From the NCBI GenBank assembly GCA_043228905.1, contig JBHGNT010000003.1, positions 15,934,001 to 15,998,000 of the forward strand: a stretch of 64,000 nucleotides of DNA, in the 5' to 3' direction. The translations under genes and the position numbers were made by a program. Positions 1 to 9,700 of this stretch are shown here, piece by piece. The notes below the pieces were generated by a model. That model saw only the letters and a list, made by a program, of their open reading frames with translations. It searched no databases and had not been told where the DNA came from. Source of the stretch: Azolla caroliniana (Eukaryota > Plantae > Polypodiophyta). Within the stretch, counting starts at the first letter, position 1, and each line of letters opens with the position of its first letter.

Positions 1-180
1 AAACTTCATTTTCACATAACTTGATATGTATTTCTCCATTTTGTATATAGTAAAATACGTTTTGAAGCTCTTGAGTATATATCCATCTTTCTATAGTAAG
101 CTACTAATCTAATCTATAATAATTATTTCATTATTATTATTATTATTTTTTTTACATAGTGTGTGAAGATTCACACGACA
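1..180 (-). repeat. Element A 3' LTR (partial)
   Basis: Near-identical to 17099-17277; followed by PPT complement ttcgcccccaccaaacc. Confidence 0.9.
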
Positions 181-197
181 TTCGCCCCCACCAAACC
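181..197 (-). promoter_or_regulatory. Element A polypurine tract (GGTTTGGTGGGGGCGAA)
   Basis: Abuts the 3' LTR; same motif at 29747-29763 and ~39232-39248. Confidence 0.8.
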
Positions 198-319
198 TGC
201 ACATCCACCGGTATGTGCCAGTTTTGATGTGGCTCCACTTTTGTTTACTATACTTTTTCATCGATGTTTAAGACTGAATCATCTAAAGCTTCGAATCCAA
301 TTTCTATGCTATCTCTTCT

Positions 320-2872
320 CTAGAAGATCTTGATTCTTTTACCGGCAAATGGCAAGGCAAGTGGTGTGCCATCCAGTTCTACTAAATGATATGTTGCATT
401 ATCTTCCACTTTCTTCACCACATATGGCCCAAACCATCGTTGTGAGAATTTTCGAGTTGTACTATGTTGGTTATCTAGGCTACTGTCATAGACTAGCACC
501 CAATCTCCTTCAACGATTTTCCTCGGCCGAAGTTGATGTCGTTTATCGAAGTCTTTCTTGTTCTTTAGCCTTGCATTCTTTAGCCGCGCTTTAGCCACCT
601 CTATATCTTCCAAATTCCGCTCTAATTGTCGAATCCTCAATGCTAGAAGATCTTCTCTACTTATCTCATCTTGCCATGGAAATGCAAACCATGAAATAAT
701 ACTTTGTTCTACAGGCATTATTGGCTTTTGTCTGAATATGAGCTCTATCGGCATGTATCCCGTCACCGTGCTATGAGTAGTCCTGTCAGCCCATAGTGCA
801 AATGGCAATATACGCGGCCATTCTCCTATTTTCCCATGGCAAGCTTTCACTAGAGCCTTCACAATCGGTCCATGTCCACCTTCCACCTTCCCATTGGCTT
901 CCAGATTATATGCCATGGTAAGAGATAATTTGATTCCCATCCTTGAGAAGAATTCTCTAGCTTCATTGGCGTCCAACTCGCCTCTATCAACCACTATCTT
1001 GCCGACACATCCATATCTGCAAATAACATCTTCAAGAAGGAATCGACATACCGATGATGTCTCCTTAGTTCTTAATGCCCGCCCTTCAACTTGATTGGTA
1101 AGATCCTCTCTTGCGAGCACAAGATACTTCATCTGCCATCGCCCCATTGGCATCATCACAATGTCCACCATCCACTTGTAATGCATAGCCAACGGGTAAG
1201 TCGGATGAAGTCCATCTCGATGGCGAATATTCGAAAACATTTGACATTCCTTACATGTTTCCACATAAGCTGCTACATCTTTGTAGATGCTCGGCCACCA
1301 ATATTTCTCCTTAAGCTTCACAAACGTAGCCCATATTCCTCGATGGCCTGCAAAAACACTATCATGAAATTCAGACATTAGTTTTTGTCGGTCTTCTAGC
1401 TTGCAGACAACTCTCATTGGAGTCCCATTCTTCTTTTTTGCATGCCTCCAAAGAGCTCCATCCTTAAGGAAATACTTGTATGCTTTCTTCCGAATTCGAT
1501 GGAAGTCTTCCGTCGACCACGATTCATCTTTTTGGAGAGAACTCAAGTATTTCCCGATCTCCACGAATTCGCCTTCGTAGTCCTCTTCTATGAAAGTAGT
1601 CAACACCCGAGCATAGGAACTTGCAAAGAAATCCAGGCCAACATCATCTTCATCAGAATGTCGATCTTCTTCTGCGTCATATCTCGCTCGTGATAGCATG
1701 TCTGCAACGACATTATGCTTTCCAGCTACATGACGTATCTCCGGGTTGAGTGATTTGATATATGCAATCCAATGCAACATGGCAATATCCGGTGTATTAC
1801 AACCAGATATCATACCCAAAATTGGTAGGCAATCTGTCTCAATTATGACTTCTGCTCCAATAAGGTAATCATGATCATATTTGATTGCCGAGACGATTCC
1901 CCATAGCTCCCTCTTCACTTGGGCATACCTTCTTTGCCTGTCACTTAACACTTTCGCGCCAAACCGAATTGCATATCGGTTGCAATCTTCATCTTCTTGG
2001 TTGATAACCCATCCAATTCCGATTGGACTAGTATCCTGAGTCACGAAAATGGGCTTGCCGTATGAATAGTCCGCTTTCCGTAATGCAGGTGCCTCCATCA
2101 ATAATTTCTTCAGCCTTCGGATGGCGATTGTATGCTCGCTCGTCCATTCGAACATCTGCTTCTTTTTTAGTAGACCATATAATGGCTCAGCAATGTGGGC
2201 GTAGTGTGGAATCTAAATATGATAAAACGCGCATGCTCCAAGGAACCTTCTAACCTCTGTTTGGGTTACACATTCTTCTTTCATGTCTTGGATTGCATTC
2301 ACCTTGGATGGCGAACGCTTCCGACTGTATGCTCCACACAAGTGACCTACCACCAAGATCTCTGGTTGCCCAAATGCGGATTTTTCTCCCGAAAATGTCA
2401 AATTCGCATCTTCAAGCCTTTGGAGCACCTTCTCGCAATCTTTCATATGATCCACAACGAACTTTCTACATCCATCCTTATCTTTTGATTCATCCTTCTC
2501 TTCATCCGAACATCCTTTTATTGGGATATCATCTAAGAATGGCATCGTGATATCCGGGATGCAATCCTTCAAGACCTTGCTCATAGCATTCACCATATGA
2601 GCCACCGAGTTCATTGCGCCTTGAGGTAAGGTACACATCCGCACCAACACGATTGAAGTTCTCATGGTTGTAATGTCATGACTGTCGACTGCCAACTGGA
2701 ATTGATCGTAGCCAGAGTAGAGATCGCCTATGGAGTAGATGGACCAGCCCGCAAACGCCTCGGCAAATTCATCCACACTCGGACTGATTCTAGCATTCCG
2801 AATTGTCACCTTGTTGACAGGTTGAAGATCTTGAATGAATCGCAACGATCCAATCTTCTTTGGCACCGTGAA
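320..2872 (-). pseudogene. Element A pol (RT C-part, RNase H, integrase), disrupted
   Basis: ORF 2213-2866 (LPQGAMNSVA, PFLDDIPIKG) and ORF 320-2155 (RH: DTSPIGIGW, KRELWGI; INT HHCC zinc finger, WFGPY); no chromodomain. Confidence 0.9.
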
Positions 2873-2877
2873 CCACC

Positions 2878-3248
2878 TGTTGTATGTATGGCTGGACTAG
2901 CCTCAACACAGGTGTCTATCCGACACTTCTCCAAAGGGGTGGTAGGGATAGAATGTTAATACACGCGTATGATAATTACACTTAAGCACAGACGAAGACA
3001 AGATTAATCAGCATAAGCAAAACTATATTAATTCTTCGCCCCTTCATTACAAAACATCGGATCCTTTTATAGGCATCCGGCCAGATTACAATCGGTGCTC
3101 GGTAGGCAACCGTTAACCGAAACCGAATCGGTTCGGATCCGGATCGGTTACAACTACCGGATCCGTCCCTCCTAATAATTCTATTCCTATTTCTATATTT
3201 ATCCGATCCGACCTTGCTTTCCCATTTGCCTTCTCTGACCGGCCAACA
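2878..3248 (-). repeat. Element C 3' LTR (371 bp)
   Basis: TGTTG...CAACA; minus-strand TATA cctataaaagg. Confidence 0.96.
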
Positions 3249-3298
3249 CATGGCACGCCCGTGGGAAAGTGCATTGCACTTCGAACCCACAGCCGGCT

Positions 3299-6202
3299 TC
3301 AGTCTTCCTCCAAATTATCCAGCAAACTCCGCTCAGAGGTTTCAAGTGTTGTTTTGCCTGCGCCGTCTCCGACTTCCGATTGGATTGGCTGCCTTTTCGC
3401 ATCTTGCTGCTCCGACTCTGCTTCTACCGGTAGTACCGGTGTTTCTTCTGTATCCTGTCCGGGTCTGTCCTGCTCTACCTCCGTTCCGTTCCCGGTATCG
3501 CTCTCTCCGGTTTCCACTGGTTGTGTCCTTTCCTCCCCGGATTCGGTACTTCTCTGTCTCCACTCTGCATCATCCCCGGCATCAACCTGCTCTTGCTCCG
3601 GAAGTTCTTCCTCGGGTAATTCTTGTCGGGGTACATTGTTGGTTGGGTCTTCTTCAGCCGATCGCTCGCCCTCACTAATGGAGATCGGCGTTGTGTGTCC
3701 CTCGGCTTCCTGTCGCAGTCGGTCCTTCTCGTACCCTTCCAATTCTAGTTGGGTTTCGAGCTGCCCGTCATCCAACCTCTCTACTAACCCTCGGATTTCC
3801 TTGAGATGCTCTTCTGCTAGAGCATAGAAATCCTCCGACAGTTCTTCCCGGATTTTGACGATACTTTCTTCGTCCATTTTATAGAACCCATCTCCGTTTT
3901 TCTTCCGATTTTCTGCATCAGCTCGGAGTATCTGCAGTTCAGCTGCCTGTTGTGCCCATTCCTTCCAGAGTTTCTCCGTGCTTTCATTTATGCTGGCCTG
4001 AGCTCGGGTACTCCAGCTTGACATGATGAACTTAATTCGGTCAACCCCTGCTTTAGCCTTTTCCGAAGCTGCTTGTTTTTCCTTCCTTATCCGTTTGATG
4101 ATGTCGGCCATTAACTGAGCTTGAGTTTCAGAGTCGACTTTTTGCTTGTCACAGGTACTCCGCCATTTGTTGATTTCGAAAGTCAACTTCACTTTCTCCT
4201 CATTCCTGCTCTTTGTCAGCTCCCCTACTTTCTGCCGAAGTACTTCCATCTCCTTTCTTTGTTCCGACGTCAAGGTCTTCTCCGCCGATACTTCCTCCCT
4301 TGCTTTGGACAATTCCAAGCGGTTTTCCTTGAGCTGCTCTTTCAGCTTCTCTATCTGTCGGTCGTACGTTGCTGCCTGATTCTTGATGTCCGACGTGGCC
4401 TGTTTATAATCCTTACATAGTCTGTCGAATTCCTCCGTCTTCTGTTTTAGGCGTCGGTTCGCCTGAGCTCGCAACTGATCATCCCGGTCCTTTTGTTGTC
4501 GGAGTTCCTCTCGCAACCGCTCAATTTCCTGCTCCATTCGTCGGCGCAGCCTATCTTTTTCCTTTTGCAGTGTCCCGTTTTCTTCTTGTAGTCGGTCATT
4601 GGTGGCTTTGCTTCGGCGAAGGCCTTCCTCCATTCGCCGTCTGTCGTCTTCTACCAACTTCCGCTGTTCTCTTTCGTTATCTCTCAATGCCTCCTGAGCC
4701 TGTAATTCTTCTTTCAAAGTTGCTATTAACTTCTCGGTCTCAGGGCCGGTTTGCAAGGCCCTCTCCGTTTCTGGTTCGGCTTGCTTTTCTGATGTCCCGA
4801 CCGGCTCGGTGCCATCTTGTGCTTGTCGGCTGCCTTCTTTTGCCTGTGCTAGCTCTTCTTGCAGCTCATGTAATTGTGCCCGGAGCATGACCATATCCTT
4901 AGTCATCGTCCTAGTCACTTCTTCTCTTTGCTCCTCCTCTTTCTCCATCTGGTCTGCTACTCCCGACAACTGTCCTGACAACCACCTTAGCCATTGTGCC
5001 TTTGTTCTGCCTTCGTTGGTGTCAGCAGGCGTGCCTAGCTCCGGCTGTTTTTCCGGCCTCTTCTCTTGTTCCGGCGCTTGTTCCTTTCTTTGTTCTTCGA
5101 ACTCCGCCGCCGTCGGTTCCGGTACTGCCGTCTTTGGTGCAGACGGACCTTCATCCTGTGTCGCTTCTGTTCCGGTTACTGGAGGCGGTTCTTTTGCCCT
5201 TTGCTGAGTTCCGTCCGCTGTTGGGGTCGGTCTTGTCGCTCGTTTCTCCTTTCCTTGCCTGGGTGGTAGTATTAACATCGGTTCGGATGAGTCTTCCTCT
5301 GTTTCAGCGTCCTCCGTCGGTGCCACTATTGGTTCCTTTACTGGTACCGGTTCCGATTCGAGCGTTACTGGTTCGGTGTCGGTTTGCCTCTTGCTGGTCT
5401 TCTTTGCCACCTTCTCCTTGCCTTTTTCCGCCTTTTTCTTCTTCGTTGTCGGTTGCTGTTGCTGTTTCTGTGGCTGCCGTGATGAGCCTTCCTCCCGTTG
5501 CTGTCGGGAGGAGTCTTCTTCCCTCGGTTGTCGAGATGAGCCTTCTTTCCGCGGCTGTCGGGATGATCCCTCTTCTGGCGGCGCTTCTTCTTCCTGTGTC
5601 CATCCTGGAGTGTGTTTCTCTAGGATTCGTCGGCGCTTCATGGTTTGCTTCGGGGTAGTCTCCTGCCGACTTCTTTGCTTGTGCTTGATGGGGGACACCG
5701 GTGGGACCAACACTGTTAACCATTGGGATATTCCGGCCCATGGCTTCTTCCCTTCCACTAAGTGCTTGATCGCCTCTTTAAGTCCTTCGGTGATGAAATG
5801 GAGCCAGTCCACCTGCAGGCCTTCGAATGTCGCGATGACGATCGCTGCTCGGTATTTGGCTATGGCTGCCGGACGAGGGTTCACGAACCCGTACTCCATC
5901 AGGGCGCGGGCCACCTCTCCGAACAGCAGGTTCTCTCCGCCCTGTGTGCGATACGCCTTGCTGCTAAGGGAGTATTCGCCGAAATACTCGAAGAATATTT
6001 GGCTCGAGGGTAGCTCTATCGTCTGAAGTCCTCCCTCCGAAATCCCTGTGAGCGCTTGTACCGCTCCTTCAGTGACCTCTGCTAAGTCCACCGCTGTTGC
6101 CGCCTGCTCTGGTTCCTTGTGTGGTGGAGCGTCAGCGACCCGCAGCAGCCCTCCTAATCCGTTCTCCGTCAGCCATTGTCGCGCTCCGTCCGACAGTGCC
6201 AT
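3299..6202 (-). CDS. Element C extra ORF (~967 aa from Met at 6202; frame open to 6454): N-terminal globular domain, low-complexity linker, long coiled coil, acidic tail
   Basis: Uninterrupted ORF downstream of pol in the same sense; TATA CTATATAAAG ~135 bp upstream; GLQVDWLHFI resembles motifs in Athila/Tat extra ORFs (inference). Confidence 0.85.
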   Translation of the reverse strand: MALSDGARQWLTENGLGGLLRVADAPPHKEPEQAATAVDLAEVTEGAVQALTGISEGGLQTIELPSSQIFFEYFGEYSLSSKAYRTQGGENLLFGEVARALMEYGFVNPRPAAIAKYRAAIVIATFEGLQVDWLHFITEGLKEAIKHLVEGKKPWAGISQWLTVLVPPVSPIKHKQRSRQETTPKQTMKRRRILEKHTPGWTQEEEAPPEEGSSRQPRKEGSSRQPREEDSSRQQREEGSSRQPQKQQQQPTTKKKKAEKGKEKVAKKTSKRQTDTEPVTLESEPVPVKEPIVAPTEDAETEEDSSEPMLILPPRQGKEKRATRPTPTADGTQQRAKEPPPVTGTEATQDEGPSAPKTAVPEPTAAEFEEQRKEQAPEQEKRPEKQPELGTPADTNEGRTKAQWLRWLSGQLSGVADQMEKEEEQREEVTRTMTKDMVMLRAQLHELQEELAQAKEGSRQAQDGTEPVGTSEKQAEPETERALQTGPETEKLIATLKEELQAQEALRDNEREQRKLVEDDRRRMEEGLRRSKATNDRLQEENGTLQKEKDRLRRRMEQEIERLREELRQQKDRDDQLRAQANRRLKQKTEEFDRLCKDYKQATSDIKNQAATYDRQIEKLKEQLKENRLELSKAREEVSAEKTLTSEQRKEMEVLRQKVGELTKSRNEEKVKLTFEINKWRSTCDKQKVDSETQAQLMADIIKRIRKEKQAASEKAKAGVDRIKFIMSSWSTRAQASINESTEKLWKEWAQQAAELQILRADAENRKKNGDGFYKMDEESIVKIREELSEDFYALAEEHLKEIRGLVERLDDGQLETQLELEGYEKDRLRQEAEGHTTPISISEGERSAEEDPTNNVPRQELPEEELPEQEQVDAGDDAEWRQRSTESGEERTQPVETGESDTGNGTEVEQDRPGQDTEETPVLPVEAESEQQDAKRQPIQSEVGDGAGKTTLETSERSLLDNLEED

Positions 6203-6336
6203 CGCTTCTTCTTCGTCTGCTGCTGCCTGTGGTCTGAGGTCGGGGTGTAGGTGTTCTGCGCGTCGGATCTTGCTGTCTTGAGCCTGCGTTTGCTTGTGGG
6301 AAAATTCGTAAAAAGTGAACCCTTCTCCGGTTCTTC

Positions 6337-6346
6337 CTTTATATAG
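6337..6346 (-). promoter_or_regulatory. Putative internal TATA box for the extra ORF
   Basis: CTATATAAAG on the minus strand between the pol stop and Met6202; ACACGTG at 6431-6437. Confidence 0.5.
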
Positions 6347-6780
6347 TGGCGTTTCCCTCGAGCCGCCTTTTCCTGTTTTTCGCGCGTCCCCTGCCATAAT
6401 TAGAATGTCACTCTTTAATTTTGACGGCTGCACGTGTTCTGCCTTGAATAGCATGTCCTATTTTTGGCGCCTGCGCATGCTGTGTCATGAATAGTATGTC
6501 TGTCCTTTGCTGCCGCGTGTCATGCTTGCGCTTCTTTGCCGCGTGTGTCGAATCTCCTACGTGTCTGTCATTATGACTCCTTAATTGATGCGCGTTTTAA
6601 ATCCTGTACCTCGGCCCCCCACGTTCTGTGCTTTAAATAGCTCGTGCACCCGTGTGACGGTTGTAACTACCTCCTTCATCATTACCATGATTTTCTTGAT
6701 CTTCTTGACCGTAGCACCACGTCATCATTTTTATTTTTTTTATTTTTTTATTTTTTTTATTTTTTAAAGCATATGCCGCA

Positions 6781-9700
6781 TCATTGTTCGGTTCCCCCCG
6801 ATGTGTTCGGGTCGGTGCGCACTGTTGTCGGTTCCTCGTCGTTGTTACGCGTCGGTGTCGGTTCCTCGCCATTCGGGTTTTCCGGGTCTTGCTTGAAGGG
6901 GTTAGCTGGCATGTGCCCCTTATACGGTTTTAGGCGAAACCCATTTGCCCATTTGCCCACAACTTCTCCTGACAACGTCCCGAGCTGGTAAGACCCATTG
7001 TACTCCTTTGTGATCCAGAATGGTCCGGTCCACCGAAATCGCAATTTCCCTGGCATGCTCCCCATCCTTGTCTGGAATAGTAATACAGGTTTCCCGACCT
7101 CGAATTCCTTTTCGTTACCGCGCCGATGTCGGTCTACAAAGGCTTTCCTCCTCCTTTGCTCTAGTTCTAGCTGTAGCAGGCTGGCTATTCGATTTTCTTC
7201 CAGTTCTAACAGCATCTTCAGCCGGATTCGTTCGGATTCCTTCTCGCTTAACCGCTCCTTAACCTGTATTCTTAAGCTAGGAATTTGGAATTCTACTGGC
7301 ATGACTGCTTCCAAGCCGAATGCCAGTCGGAACGGGGTCGTCCGGATGCTGGTCTTGTACGCCGTTCGGTACGCCCACAGCACGCTCTGCAACTTCGTGT
7401 CCCAGTCGGTCCGGTTCTCATTGACGATTTTTCTAAGGATGTTCTGTAGCGTTTTGTTTGTTGATTCCGCTAATCCGTTGGCTTGAGGGTAGTAGGGAGT
7501 GCTTCGTTTGTGTACTACCGCATAGAATGAGGTCAAACTTTCCACCACCTGCCCGAGAAAATGTCCTCCCTGGTCACTGATCAGCTCAATCGGGCATCCG
7601 TACCGACACCATATGCATTCATATAAAAATTTGGCCGTGGACGCCGCCGTGTTGTCCCGTACTGCCTTTGCTTCTACCCATTTGGTGCAGTAGTCGGTAG
7701 CCACTATTATATAACGATTTCCGGTCCGCATTGCCGGTGGCTTAAAGGGGCCGACAAAGTCCAAGCCCCACTTTTGGAATGGTTCTAATGGCAAGACCGG
7801 GTGATGTGGCATCCGGGCTTGCTCCGTGGGTTGGCCCAGTCGTTGACACAGGTCGCATTCCCTGCTATACTTAACGGCATCTCTCATGGTAGTCGGCCAC
7901 CATAGTCCGCTCTGCCATATCTTCCGGGCTGTTGTTTCGCTGGCATAATGCCCGCCTGCAATTCCACAGTGGGCTTCCCTCAGGATCAGATCCTTTTCAT
8001 CGCTCCGCACTGCTCGCCTCCATACGCCATCTGCCCCCTTGTGATAGAGGGTGTCTCCTACCAAGCAGAAATGTCTGCTCCGTACTGCCATCCTCTTCCG
8101 TTCGTCTCGGTCCAGGTTTTCCGGGGGAACTCCGGTGCTCAGGAACTGATGCATTTCGGTTAACCATTTGTCTTCGTCCGCTACTGTGGTCTCCGTTGCC
8201 GGTGCCGTCGTGATCTTAAACAGCTCGGCGTCGGGAAATTCGTCCTGTACGCCGTCCCCTGATTCTCCGGATTCTAGTCTGCTCAGGTAGTCTGCTACCG
8301 CATGCTGCACCCCGGGTCGGTGGAAAATGTCGAATTCGAATTCCTGTAATAGCAGCGTCCACCGTGCGAGTTTTCCTGTCAGGGCTGCCTTTGAGACCAG
8401 GTAGAGTAGTGCCGAGTGGTCAACGTGGAAAGAGAACTTCCGTCCGAGCAGATAGTGCCTGTACTTTGTGACACTGTACACCATTCCTAATGCCTCTCGT
8501 TCCGTTGTAGAGTAGTTCCGTTCGGCTTTCGAGAGTTTCCTGCTTGCGTAGTACACCGGCCGATACCAGTTCGGTTCCGTGAGTTGCATCAAAACGCTGC
8601 CGATTGCTACGTCCGACGCGTCGACGAAGACGTGAAAGCTTTTACTCCAGTCCGGCGGCTGCACCACCGGAGCTTGTGACAGCATTACCTTCAACGCTTG
8701 GTAGGCTTTCTCCTCCGTTTCTGTCCATTGGAAAGGTACTCTATGTACAGCAGCGTGCAATGGTGTCGCAAAGTCGGCAAGGTGCCGTATCATCCGACTA
8801 TGCCACCTTATTTGACCAAGGAATCGGCTTAAAGCTTTTGCGCTATTCGGTGCCGTTGCGTCGAGAATTGCTTTTACCTTATCCGGATCTACCGCGATTC
8901 CTTCTCGACTCACCACGTGGCCTAACAAATTGCCGCTTGCGACTCCAAAGACGCACTTAGCTGGGTTCAGACTTAATCGGTACTCGCGGCACTTTTCTAA
9001 GCATAGTCGTAGGTGATCGAGATGCTCTCCGTGTCGGCTGTAGACGGCGAAATCGTCTAGGAAGACCTGCATAAAACCGGGAATAAAATCACCGAAGATT
9101 TCCATAATTATCCTTTGAAATGTTGTAGGGGCTGTCTTTAATCCGAACATCATCACGACCGCGACGAACACTCCCCATTCCGTCACGAACGCTGTTTTTT
9201 CTTGGTCGGCCGGGTTCATTCGGATTTGGTTGTAGCCGCTGAATCCGTCCAGGAAGCTGTAAACTTCGTGGCCGGCCACCGCATCTAGCACTCCGTCCGT
9301 GAATGGTAGTGGAAAAGCGTCGGTCACTGTCGCGGCATTTAGTTTCCTGTAGTCCACACATACCCGGATTTTGCCGTTCTTTTTCGGGACCACCACTATC
9401 GGGCTTAGCCAGGTTGCCTGCTTGACTGGTCGGATAAATCCGACCCGGAGAAGCTTGTCTATTTCCTCCTTCACCTTTGCCGCATAGTTTGGATTCATCC
9501 GGTACCGACGTTGAGCGATGGGTTTCGCGTCAGTACTTAGATGAATTTGGTGCTGGTAGAGTTGGGGGTCCAACCCTCGCATGTCTTCGTATGACCATGC
9601 GAACACGTCCTTGAATTCCGTTAACAGTGCTACCATTGCCTGTTTTTCCTCCTTCGGCAATTCCTTCGCGACTTTTACCGGTCGGGGTTGTTCTGTTGTG

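Noticed and set aside
3251-3293. Real tRNA gene
   Set aside because: Only a 3'-half-like sequence; no D or anticodon arm, and an insertion in the T-loop
3299-6454. Retroviral env call
   Set aside because: No signal peptide or convincing transmembrane helix; highly charged coiled coil
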